A stretch of DNA of 63,947 nucleotides, the filler included, from Choristocarpus tenellus KU-1152 (Eukaryota; Protista; Phaeophyceae), in NCBI GenBank assembly GCA_964200185.2. It is 12 parts of 12 records of this genome, joined end to end, with 100 filler letters (N's around TTAATTAATTAA, not from the genome) between each part and the next. Parts side by side here need not be neighbours in the genome. Positions count along the whole stretch, not along the records: positions 11,365 to 21,371 come from CAXNAD020003211.1; positions 21,472 to 26,835 come from CAXNAD020011031.1; 10 more parts are not named here. One strand, written 5' to 3'. How positions within the stretch are numbered: the stretch's first letter is position 1; each line of letters begins with the position of its first letter. The notes under the pieces were generated by a model. It was not told where the DNA came from. It did not search any database and was given only the letters and a program-made list of their open reading frames with translations. This document shows positions 12,320 through 24,592 of this stretch, piece after piece. The position numbers and the translations under genes were made by a program.

Positions 12320-13990
12320 AAAAGATTAGTGGGTACGTGGGGTAGTCTAGAATGATCTAGAATGAAGTAAGTAATTATTTTCTGAGCACTATGCGCCTGT
12401 TTTGTCCATGCACAATACAAGAGCTGCCGTTGTGTGGGTGTTGTATTGCGACTAGACATTTGTATAACTGCATTTTCAACTCTGATCTTGTCGGGTCTAA
12501 GATAATAAATTATGTCTTGGAGCAGTATCGTCAAAAAAATATGTGTTGGCACCTTTTGTAGAATTGTCACAACTGGTAGTGTCAACTGCTTCTACCTCAT
12601 AGTTCCAACATTGATCTAGTGCATGACACTTCCAGGTTTCCTGTGCACTAAAAAATTGCTATGGGTAAGCTTGAGTAAAGGTAGGGGTGCTACATGACTT
12701 GGAAGACCACAGCTCTATTGCAGGAGGAAAGGAATTAAGATGTTATCTTTTGGGTGGTCTAGATGCGATTGAAGGCCCCATCGGTGAGCAACCTTGACCT
12801 TTGCAGGAACGCCTTACACTAGCTACTTCAAAGCATATGGTTTCTATTGTTGATAACATATCTCTTTGATCTTCCTTTCGAAGTATTTTAAGTTCTCCAG
12901 TGTCACATTTCCACTCTCTAGTGGAGAAGTCATTTCATGTTGTGTCCTATTTAAACCCACTACAAGTTCAGTGTTCATGGGGCTCAAATCCACAAGGCCA
13001 TGGTCAATTCTATCAACACCAATAATTACATCTTCTCATCAGCTGCCAGCTAGATTTGTTGGGGCAATGTATATTTTTGGCAACTCGGTGTACTCTGGAA
13101 GGAGTGGACCAATGTTTTGCCCCACCAAGTTGGGACAGAGTGCTATACCACAAAATATACTCCGGGAAGTGAGCATTAATAGCACCTGGTTGGTTCTCGT
13201 TGCATGTACCTGTCCTGACTGGGTATACTTCAAATAGCCAGCTTTGCGGGTTATTTAATCCTAGGTCGTATAATCTGGAGATCGAGAAGTCCCTGAGGAA
13301 GGGCAATGCAGAGTAATACAAGAGGAAGGAATACCAAATTAAATGTTGCTCTTGAGAGCTACACTATCGAGTGCTCATGGTATCATCGTGAAAAGAACAA
13401 TCCTCACCTAGTTGTCTCCATATCATACACAGAAAATTGTAGTCTTGAGTCAAGGTTATTATATTCAGAAATTGGACCATTGTACTATGCAAGATTAATC
13501 TTTAACCATTGCGATGGTGAACCAACTTCGACTCATTGTAGAGAAAGAAGCTGTGAAGCAAATCGCACCAAGGATGAGAGCCCATATGTGCCCTTCGTGA
13601 AGTTGGTTTAGGTACCAAAGGTGATCCGCAAGCTGCTTCAAATCCTTGAAGTTGATTCGATATCCTCTCATTCCCGCGTATTCCAGAGCGTGAGCATATT
13701 GGCTTGACTGTGCCGATCTCAGACTCGACTGCCACCCAATGAACAGGGGGCAGATGCCTTGTGAAACAGGCAGGGCTAGGCTGTGAACCTTGCCATTGTG
13801 TTTCCATCCTTTGAGAAGTAAAAAAATGTTCTTCGTTCTCAAACTTCATTGTTGGTATTGCCTCCTTCAATCCCGTACCTCTACTAGAAGAGGTTATTGT
13901 AACGTTTCGCTGACATCGTGGAGTACTGCCCGGTGATCGAGGCCTGGCGTTGATAGCCCTTCGCAAACGTCTGTTCTCTCTGCGCAATAT
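12320..13990 (-). pseudogene. Decayed spliced coding region, possibly a DNA-transposon-derived gene
   Basis: Protein-like segments (INFKDLKQLADHLWYLNQLHE; YNGPISEYNNLDSRLQFSVYDMETTR|DFSISRLYDLGLNNPQSWL across an in-phase GT-AG intron) are mixed with stops and frameshifts. No catalytic motif seen. Confidence 0.3.
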
Positions 13991-15737
13991 TCAAAGATAG
14001 TAAAGATAAGTAGGAGTGTAACAGAGTGACGAATGTAAAGGTCAGTTCTCTGAGCTTATAGGATTTCCCCTTGGTTGCCGCTAAGCTAGAGGTTCCAGAA
14101 CCTGGATAGACGAGGCTACAGTACTTCGATTTGTCAGATTGTAACGCCAACAACTCGCTCACTTGTGATCCTTGGTTGGGTTATGCCTTGGTCTATTCGG
14201 AATCTTCAAGCCGCCATCTGTTTGCCCCATTGCTCGCCACACTACCGGGGGAAATGCGGAGACCGTTGCTCTCCTTCGGAGAGGAGAGACGCCGATCTCT
14301 TGTTTGTCGGCCAATGTCGAACATTTCCGTATACTGGAACTGTATTTCTCAGCAAATTGTGAAGCGTCAGGCATTTCTCAGTGACAATAGCAGTCTCCTG
14401 GGACGCAAGCTCTGCGATATCCTTAAGGTCTTTAACTGAACTATAGGACATGTCATCCTTTCATAAATTGTTTATTCCAGCCTTCTTACTAGGTGACTTG
14501 GTATTTTGAAAAATATAGTGGTGTAACTGGTTGCCGTTTGGAATCAATTGGAAAAACAACAATCTGTCATAATTATCTCACGATGGGAAGGACGGATATG
14601 GTGAAAATGGGTTACATGGCAACTGTGTTGGGCATCGGCATCTCGCTGTATCCTTCCTGTTTGGTCTCAGGAGCCGGAGCTGCCATGGCGCAAAAGTTCG
14701 GAGACTTAGGTAAGAAAATTACATTCTTCGAGCATCTGGCACGTGGCGGTGGATATCTCTAATTATTGATACTCTTGACAAGATTTGTACCTCAGAGCCA
14801 ATTCACTGCTTATAAATAATCCGAGACTGTTCCCAAATTTGCACCTGTTCCAAAGACTTATATTTCAGTCTCCTCAACGAGTAGTCGGTAAGACCCTTCA
14901 TCCTCATTTGGTGGGGATCGAGTATTGTAGTGTTACACTGTTTCGGTAGAGAAGCGTGTGTTTTCGAGAGATTATAGGTTGGACTATGCCCTCTTTCATA
15001 GAGCTCTTGTCACAGTTCTAGAGCCATCCCATCTTAGAAGAGCGTGTTTTTGAGCATCTGGGGTCCTTGTGTCTGGTTTCTAGTACACGTGCTTCTAGCA
15101 CTTAAGAGGGCGATTTCGCGCTTAAGTGAACGGTCGTTCGTCTTCTATTCTGCAGCCATAGGCTTCCAGGGAGGGCAAGCTGCATTTTAAGCATGGGAAT
15201 GAGGTGCCAGGAAGAAAGTTACAAAACAAATTTCTAAGATATGAATACTCTTACAGCGTTTTGATGTACGGTTAAAAGACGCAAACGAAACTAGAAATGG
15301 GTAGACCACATAGACGAAGATTCTGCACTTCTACAGGATCACAAAAAAGTCAGAGAGGACCACGCTGTTACATCTCTTTTGAGATAAAGTGTAGCCTTTG
15401 TGTAGTCTATGGGTTCTACTAACGGTGGTAAGAAAGAATTCCAGTTGCTTTTATCTTCGTAGTGGCTATGTCACTCAGTCCCTGCACTTCAGGACCTACA
15501 TACAGAGCTGTAGTGTCTGAATTGAACTCACCGCAAAGACTCTACTTGCCGTCAAAGATTGCAGGCGTCTGGGATGCGGCCAGGCCAAACGGTTTGACTG
15601 CAGTATATGCTCACTAGGAACACCTCCAAATACGCGTGGAAACCTATGTACTATGAAGTACTGCATGCTTGGATTAGTGTATATATCCTTTACACCTCAC
15701 ACCTGGGCTGGCTGTTAAAAAACAGAGGCACAATCAC

Positions 15738-15996
15738 GAGTGAAAGTATCTTAGAGGGTACGACTTTTGCCCTGTTTGTCCATTTGAGGCTTGACTTCCC
15801 ATGAGGTTTTTTTACGAAATTTTCCTCTCCAAAACGTTTCGGAGTAGGTGAAATGTTTACGTTATGACAAGGTGTGTCCGGAACACGGATATTGAAACTT
15901 CCTAACAAACACGATAGCCAAAACTACGTCAAAATCACAACATTGGATTTTTACCCACAAATGGACTCGACCCTACCCTCTAAGATACTTTGGCTC
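15738..15996 (+). mobile_element. MITE family A, full length (259 bp), TSD TCAC
   Basis: TIRs GAGTGAAAGTATCTTAGAGGGTA / TACCCTCTAAGATACTTTGGCTC, with TCAC on both sides. Confidence 0.92.
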
Positions 15997-16194
15997 TCAC
16001 ACATATTTAAAGGTTCAAGGGTACATAATACTCTGAGTAAAAAAAAATTATAATAGATATGGTCACTTCCTTCAATTATTGTGATGGACCGCCTGTTCAA
16101 TATCAGCACCACAGCAATACGATGCATGTGATCCATTATAGGCGACACAGGGGCAGACGCATAACAAAATGGCAGACAGGTCTGATTACTGTGA

Positions 16195-16200
<6 letters not shown>

Positions 16201-16232
<32 letters not shown>

Positions 16233-16270
16233 CCCCTCTCTCTCACTCACTCACTCTCGCTCTCTCTTTC
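16201..16270. repeat. (CT)n microsatellite
   Basis: Imperfect CT dinucleotide run. Confidence 0.9.
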
Positions 16271-16469
16271 CCCTGCCAACCTGCATCCTGTTGCACACAT
16301 TATTTCATCCACGACCAAAACTGTGTGCTGCAATAGGTCCAGTGATCCCCAGGTTGCCATAAGCTCCCTGGGCTACACAGTCGACCAACCCATGCCTACA
16401 TTAAGACCAGCAAGCACCCTACCCTCTCTCCTTTAGCTATCATATGAACCAATGGAATGACAACATTAT

Positions 16470-17480
16470 ATTGGCTGTTATTGGACAATCCCCAACCAAA
16501 TGCCCCCCAACCGAACATCTCGTGTACATATTGCTTGAAAATTCACCAGGAGCCCTTCCTACATCTCCCTCTATTACTGTATTCCGGCCAATCCTTCTTC
16601 ATATAGCTTTAAACCTCACAGTGTTAGCAGATAATTCGCCTAATTCTGCTATTTCCCTCCCCACCTCCCTATTTCACACCACCAGTCAAAGCTAGCAGTC
16701 AGTGCTTAGCTTCTTTCAATACGATTTACTCCTACTCCCCTTCTTTGTGCTCTTTGACTTGTATCAAGGCCCTCTCACTTGCTAAGAAAGATTAGTTTTT
16801 TTCCCTTGGACTTTAAGAAAGTCCTGCTGGTAATGGATGCATCAGTGATACTTGTCCCTCTGAGAGGCAGCCGTGTAATCAGACATAACATTTCTGCAAC
16901 GCCTCATTCATGAAAGGTGTGAGATGCTTCCTCTCTAAGCTAAAGTAAACGAGAGGAACCCTAATTTTGGCCATTTCGCATTATTTAGAGCCAGTTTTTC
17001 AATTTCTTACAATCCGCCCACATTTCTATGGATGACTCCTAATTTTAAATTTAGAGCATTGATTTCTCTATTGTTTGATGATATTTTTGGACACAATTCA
17101 GAAAATAGCCACAATGCATTTGTAAAAAAAAGCCGAATTTTTTGCATGTGTGTGTCAGCATCCTTAAAGTGCAACTCTGGGTACCTCTCGTTTACTTCAA
17201 CTCTCTTCGAGCATTGCTTATAACCCTCCTGTGTCCTCCTGCGTAGGCAAAAGTAAACTGTTTGCCTTGTAGTGTCTGCCATCCCTCAGTGCTACTGTAG
17301 GTAATCCACCCCTTGTACAAAGTGCAGTGGACAACCTGTAAGATTTAGCAACATAAGCCGCCAAGTCTTGCCGGCCAGTTTCCGTTCTGTGGCAGTTGGT
17401 GTGCCATTCTCTACGTCTGATGTTATGTCTCCAATTTCAGCTAGGGTTGCTGCAGCAACCAACTCCACCCTACTCTTCAC
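16470..17480 (-). mobile_element. Decayed LTR retrotransposon gag relic (copia-like)
   Basis: Degenerate zinc knuckle (Y)TRCSVGGHLVGDCP at about 16530-16480, and a gag-like helical segment ERKLAGKTWRLMLLNLTGCPLHFVQGVD upstream. Many stops. Confidence 0.5.
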
Positions 17481-18639
17481 ACCAGATGCTTGTGTGGTGG
17501 ATCTATTCCGATGAGAAACAACCCTGCTGAGTCATTCCTGTTGACCTTGTGAGTCATGTCCCACCACCTGCTTGTCCAAGCGAGTGTCATTTAGTCGTTG
17601 ATATAATTGAAATCAAGTCATTTGAGAGTCATCACCTGCAAGTATATTTGTCTTGGCCTGCAAGTACAACAGCACACCAAGTAGAAGAGCCAGCCTGATT
17701 TGGTGTTGGTTATTGATTGGCCCTGATGCCAAAATGGGTTGTCACAAGAGTGTGCTTAAAGATGATTTCTGACATGAAGGTGGTGACCTTGTGCACTGCG
17801 GTCTTTTCTCATCCAGACTAAACTATCATGTGATATCTTACCGCTTGATTGGGATTGTACTAAAACTAGTACGGCAAAAAAAATCGATGTCACCATTACA
17901 GCGGTGAACGTACAGACAGGTATTTGGGTGCAAAGTCCACACTACAAATCCACAATGCTGACAGAAGGGTGCACAGGGTATATGACATGAATAGCAATAT
18001 AGTTGGGGTAGTAAATGATGTATTGAGCCTTTTTGTCTGTGTATTATTGCTTCATGCTCTCAAGCATACTAGGTGTGCTGTATAGTCCTGATCCTGCACC
18101 TCTACCACGACAACACCATGGTAGGTGTTCTTGAAGTATTAATAGTGGGCTTTTGGTCTTTGAATGTTTGGGAGCCTACAGTTAGGGTCATTACAGTCAC
18201 TCCATTTCCTCCAAAGGAAAATCAAGCACATACTCTCATTGTGATGCAGATGCTATGCTTACATTCAAGGTGACTTTTGACAAGGCCCGAATTCCCTATC
18301 CCTTGCATCACATGGGTTGACATCCCAAGTGAAAACATAGTAGTCATTAATAAGCATGCACACACACACGGACAAACACACACATATTTGACAGGAATCC
18401 TTAGTTATCCTAGGAAGCAAATATTTGGAGAAATTGTAAATGGTATATATTGTTTCCCAAGAAACGAACCATCTTCCATCGTTCACATGTTTGAGCAATA
18501 AAAAGTACAAAGTACAAATCAAAAACTATACCCTTATAGTCAGTACAAGTTATATCTCTTACATTTACCTTCTCTTTCGATAACAACTCTTAGAATATCG
18601 TCGTGAGCAAATTTCTTCAAGTGAATCTCTCCCGCTAAG

Positions 18640-18943
18640 GGCGATCCAGAAGTATTTCCTGGAGAGCTTTCGCCACCAGACTGTCATGGGAGACCTTGCA
18701 ACAGCGTTTCAGGGCTTTGGAGTGGTTACTCGGATGAGGAGAGGGTACCCGTGGCCAGGACGACCAGATGGGCCCTGTCACAGTTTTGGGGAGAGCACCA
18801 GGGGGAGATATTACTCTGAAAAAGAGGATGAGGGCACTGCTGGCGTGGGTGACTGTTACAGGGCTTTTCTGGATGATCAGCATCGCAACATAGCACACTT
18901 CAATGAACGTTCCTCTGGGGAGATTGCTACTATGAGAAGCAAG
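18640..18943 (+). CDS. Isolated internal exon, unknown protein
   Basis: AG|..AAG|GT bounded 304-bp open frame AIQKYFLESFRHQTVMGDL..CYRAFLDDQHRNIAHFNERSSGEIATMRSK. Confidence 0.45.
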
Positions 18944-19109
18944 GTATTTTTGGATGCCTGTGAGTGTGTGTTCGTGTACTCAGGTGCAAATATGTCGATT
19001 GATTGTATGTCCTTGGTCACAAGTGTGGAATGAGGCAAAGGGTCTTGTCTGTTTTATACTAACATTAACAGTTGTGTAGCGAGGTGTCCTAACATTAACA
19101 GTTGGGTAG

Positions 19110-21329
19110 TAGTGTGCAGTACACTACTTCAACACACTTTCATGACATTTGTTAAGGAAATCAGTAGAGTTTGGAGCAGCAATTCCAACTACCCTCTCAA
19201 ACTTCCTCATTTAACCAGCACACTCTGCAGTACTGTACATAATCCTGTCAGACATACCCAAGCTTGTTGCGATTCCTCTACACTGCTTAATGGAGCCTCC
19301 CTCAACCTGAATAACAACTGACCATTCATGACCCAAGGATAGAAATCTGTAGCTGTATCAAGGGAGACATGCCTCCCTGCAGACAATAATTTGGATTGCA
19401 TCGTAGAATGAATTTCTGAAAGAATGGAGAAGGAGCATTGGAAGTTGCAGGCCAAATTCATCCTCAAATATCAAGTACTCTGAGCCATAATATAGACTTT
19501 ATCTTGGTATACACTTTGCTCTCTCTTCCATGTTTGTGGCCACATCAATTCTATGAATATTACTCAAAAATATAAATAACGAGCCAAAGTATCTTAGAGA
19601 GTAGAGCCGTGTCCATTTGGGGTCAAAATCCAATGTTGCGATTTTGATGTAGTTTTGGCTATTGCGTTTGCTAGGATTTGTCACTATCTATGTTTCCGAC
19701 ACACCTTTTCATAACGTACATATTTGACCTACTCCTAAACATTCTGGACTAGAAAATGTCATAAAAGAAGCAATGGGAAGCCAAGCCCCAAATGGACAAA
19801 CAGGCCAAAACCCGTACCCTCTAAGATACTTTCACTCTAATATGAGCATACCTAATCTTGACATGCCTCTGTAATATACTCCAAAGTATGTAGTCATAGT
19901 AATCATGGGGGGAGAGATATCTGGCACACCTTTGAGCTGTCGTGCGGTGAAGTAGCTGGGATCTAACTTCAATTCCAACCCAAACTCCTAGATTTGGAGA
20001 TCCACACTTGACATAATTGGAAGCCCATAAACTTCCTGTTGTCACATCACCAGGTCTACGAAGTGCCTTCATCATGGGGTGTAGACACCATGGGTGCTAA
20101 CACAAGAGGCAACCTAATCCTGACCTCTCTTCACAAGTTGGACCACGACTTGGAACAGGTAGTGTGCTCGGGGTTCTTGGTTCTTGGTTCTTGGTTTGAC
20201 AGTTGCCAATGTTTGCATTGCTGGGTAGCAGCAGTCTTTTGATGAGGGGAGAGTGCAACAAGGTGTATCAAAGCACACTGGTCCACAATAGTGTTCTTGA
20301 AATATCTGTAGCTGGGCATGTGGCACATTCCTAGTTTCCCTCTATCCTCATATTTTGCACTACACTCTTGAAGATGCCTTGAGGGCGAGAGCATCAGTTG
20401 TTTTTTTATCAGTTCTATTTCATCCATATCATCCACACCTCAAAAATTCCTCAAAAGGGGACACAACATTTCCCAAAAGCTTGAGCACCTGCTGTTTATA
20501 TACAACCACCACTGCTGCCATCAATTTTCCCCCATTCCCTACCGTGTCTCCACCACAGTAATGATTGTCCAGGAGGATTCATCCAATTCCTTCTGTATTT
20601 TGTGCAACAGTCCTTAGCAGTCAAATTAATACATGTTATGTTGTACTCCATAAGAATCTATCATGGTCTAAGACTGTGAAAAGTTGAAGCTTGAAGAAAA
20701 TGGAGTTTCTTGTACTCTGTTATTGGGCATATTTGTGTGGCGAACAAGGCTCTGAGGGCACCCTGCGGACACAACAAACAATTTGAAGTAGTACTAAATA
20801 TAGCCCCTGAAGCATACCCGTCCTCAGACAACCTTGCAATGACGGTCCAATCTACAGTAGCACCATGGAGACGCAATCCCAAATCAATAGCAAACTGGCA
20901 TGGAAGGTCCTATGAACTGAAGTCTGTGTATATTGTTTGCTTCCCTATCCTTTTTGCAAGAGCATAATCAACCTTACCCATCCATGCATCAAATATATAC
21001 ACCTTCTTCTACATCTCTCTTCCTTCTTGATGGTACTGCGTATCAACTAGCTGGAATATCTCATCAAGAAAGGCTGCCTACCCCCAGCCTTTCAGGAACT
21101 AGTTGAAGATTACACCCACGTCCGAGATGCTGTGGCACATGAACTTAGAGGGCATAGCCAATTGGAGGTGGGTGACCAGAGAGTGTGATGTGAGAATGGG
21201 GTGCTTGAATGGTGCTTGGTTGAGGTATGATGGCAAGGTGTTGGAAGTGATGGAGTGATCCCTCCCCGGGACAGCCGACTGAATGAAATTTCACTGTACA
21301 GGTGATCTTAAAATACGCCCTGTCTTGCT
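19110..21329 (-). pseudogene. Candidate endogenous RNA-virus RdRp relic
   Basis: One frame carries IYTDFSS*D (motif A-like, D at 20924) and GYASGAIFSTTSNCLL (motif B-like SGxxx[S/T]xxxN, S at 20810). After a frameshift comes FTVLDHDRFL (GAC CAT GAT at 20668-20660, two substitutions from GDD). The frame is intron-less with scattered stops and is interrupted by a MITE at 19581-19837. Confidence 0.5.
19581..19837 (-). mobile_element. MITE family A, full length (257 bp), TSD TAAC/TAAT
   Basis: Both TIRs present; the 4-bp flanks differ at one base. Confidence 0.92.
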
Positions 21330-21371
21330 GGCTCAAAGTATCTGGGAGGGGGTGGAGGCTGTCCATTCGGG
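21330..21371 (+). mobile_element. MITE family B end, truncated by contig end
   Basis: GGCTCAAAGTATCTGGGAGGGGGTGG..GTCCATT matches the copy at 45483. Confidence 0.8.
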
Positions 21372-24300
21372 NNNNNNNNNNNNNNNNNNNNNNNNNNNNN
21401 NNNNNNNNNNNNNNNTTAATTAATTAANNNNNNNNNNNNNNNNNNNNNNNNNNNNNNNNNNNNNNNNNNNNTTTCCCGACTGTTCCCCCCCCCCCTGTAC
21501 CTTGACACTAATGTGGTCCTAGAATTCAAGTTGTTGCAAGGTGTTTTTTCCTCATAGGGCAATTCCAATCGATGTATTCACAGGACAGTGTTGGTGGTGC
21601 AGGAATGCCTCGGCCTTATTGGGCCTTAAGCGCACTGCAATGGATTAAATTTTGTGTGCGGTATGTGTATGGGTTGCATGGTCAATGAGCCCTCATTCCA
21701 GTGAGTACGTTTGTTGTTCGATTTACCTAGGTGAGGGTGAAGGCAAAAACAACAGTGTGTTATCCCTTGTCGATGCTCATTCGAACTCTCCTAGCATTCA
21801 TTTATGTCAGTTACAAGTTAGTCCTTGTAACTATTGCTGGTGTACCCAAAATTGTAACTACTGTATCGACATACTTTTGTCCTTAGTACATGCTCCAAAC
21901 ATATGGTGTATTTTTCGTGGTGAGAGACTCTTGTTGAGGAAGTGCAGACACTATGGGCAATGACACTGTCTTTATTGTACCCCAATGGCATAACCCATTG
22001 GCACACGCCAAGACGAAGACTGTCTTGATGTGTGGTACAGGCAAGCTTTTTCTGATGGAGGAAATGAAAAGAAGGTAATGTTGAGAATGCCCGTTGTATT
22101 GTGAGTCACAAGCAGGAAGAAGTGTATGCGCAGCTTGGCCAAAAAGTATTTTCCAATTGGTAGGAGAGTTATCTTCAATGCAGGGGGATTCTGAGTACAT
22201 GCTGGTGTACGTTTACACAAAAAGAAAAAAGCTGCCCAAAACTTGTTGAGGCCTCAACCACCTTCTGATATCTCAGCACCAATCATGTGATTGTGTCCTC
22301 TCTGTAAGTGCTTAGTAAGAGGTGATACGAGAGCATGGTTCAACTTTCCTGACAACCAGAAAAAGAAAAGCTTGTGCAGAACAAATTATCGATGGTTGAA
22401 ATTGTAGTGGGTCCTCATTCCTGTGACAATAGATCACTTTTTAAAGGCTGGTATGTGATTTATGTTGCCCAGGGTCCTGATTTATTGGGGCAATGTATTT
22501 ATGAACCCTGCCGTTGACAGCAAAGTTTTTGGTGGTCAACACAGCAATAGACCATGCCATTGTTCTGACTGTTGAGTTGGTGTGTCAAGTGGTCCCATCA
22601 AGCCTGTATGTGTTCTTTTAGCCCAAAATACGAACATCAAACCTCGAAGTATTCATTACTTTTAGTAAAGCTCTTGTTGGTGTTGCTCCAGATACGGGAA
22701 GCCAATCCAAGCTCACCATGGATGATAGGTAAGGTAGATCCGCCTTCCTTAGAGTGAGACTACTGACCCACCCTCTCTATCCTGCACTGCACATGCGTGA
22801 GTTGAAAGAAAAAGAAAAATGCAAACCCCTGTCCTGAGTACTCAAGTCCAGAGTGCAAAACTTGAGCTCAGGCCAGCCTTGTGTGTGTACCCAATTTTCG
22901 TCCATAGTCAAGAAAAAAGGGAAGGAGTGTAGTTGCCACACAATGTCCATCTCACAGTCCATTTCAAAAGATAATGCCTGCTCCAAGTAAGAGCTAAGAA
23001 CATGTGACACTACAATTATCATAATTCAAAGCATTCTATCATAGTTCAGGGCAAACACTCGAGAACCTGGCACTACTCATAAAGTATACATGTTGGTATG
23101 ATACCTTGAAGCAACCATGGAATACAAGGACAGTAGTACCACCGTGTCATCTACATAGCAAAGGTTCGATCCGACCCCTAGCTTAGCGTCAGCAGAGAGT
23201 GTTGTTCCCTAATCAACCACACTGAACTCAATGCAGCATTAACAGCGATGTCTATTTTTCACACTAGTAACATCAAAATCTCCGTATGCGTTGAACTCCA
23301 TGTATATAGCATTCCTGTTGAAGTAGCTGATAATACTTTCATTGTGAATGCAAACACACTATAATGCTGGTGATACATGTCACACTCAAAACACTTCAAC
23401 AGACTTAACTACTGCCCACATATCCATTTTATCGTACGCCTTAATCTGCCAACTTATTTCATAACACTGTTCCTTGCATTTATGGACTACATGTGGTTAA
23501 CCGGCTCTATTATGCTTTAGCACTAGCTTTGTTTCAACCACATGGTTGTGGTGAATGGGCCCTCTGTTGGAGTATGCTACAACCGGTGCCATACCACCAT
23601 AAATGTTCAGAAATACTTTCACCATTGAAATAGACTGCATGTTGTGTTGAGCCAACAGGATGGTTGTATTTGCCCCCATATACTAGTTACAACCCTGCCA
23701 TGATTTACCTTATGCTGTATGCCATAATAATAATCAAGAACACTTGTTTCTTTTTTCTTGCAAAGATGACTAAAGCCTGATTAAACGTAGAACACCCCAT
23801 GTGCGAAGAATGAGACGAGTGCAAACAACAATCATGAGCAAGATAGAGCACAACAGATTTCGAAAATGGGAAAGACAAAACGAGATAGCGAGACTTTAGA
23901 ACAGAACAGAATATCTTCCTCAGTCAAATATCTCTAAAACAAATAACACTAGGAAGTACCGTACTGGTCATGGGGTAAAAAAGTACCTTTAAAAAAAAGA
24001 AAGAGATAACATCGTGTACAGAGATGCACCTCGAGCATAACTCAATGCAAGATAACAAAATACAACTTCTATGTCTAGTCCCAAGACTACGACCCCCTGC
24101 TGTTACTCCATAAATAAACGACACACAAAACCCAAAGCACAATGGAATAGTTTCAACAGCAGTACTTTCAGCACACCATGAGGACAATAGGAGCAGTGTC
24201 ACCAGCCACCCTCCTTCCATTCGGGGCACGCAACCAAATCAGTGGTAAGGGATTACTTCACTCACAACAACAGTCCACATACACAAGATAAAGCTGTAGT

Positions 24301-24592
24301 TCATCAAACAACCATCAAATTACCGGCCTTTCTGATACAAGACACAGGACCCAACTCCTGTTCCTACCATCTCCACCTCAGACATGAATCCTGTTCTTCT
24401 CAGAAACCTCTAGCTAAAGTCGCAGCAATACTCATGAGAACAGTCACACTACAAAAATGACAACCCATGTGCAGAACAAGACTCAAAGTTGTCCTCTTAT
24501 CACCCCCCACTCCATTGTTCCTGTAGTCTGTGATCTACATCCTCTCTATCTCTCCCATCTTGGACAAGCAAGCAAACACAGACTTTGTTGCT

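Noticed and set aside
22050-22380. hAT dimerisation-domain relic (CW..SCPKL..A; RAWFNF)
   Set aside because: Motifs are too degenerate and split over frames to support a call.
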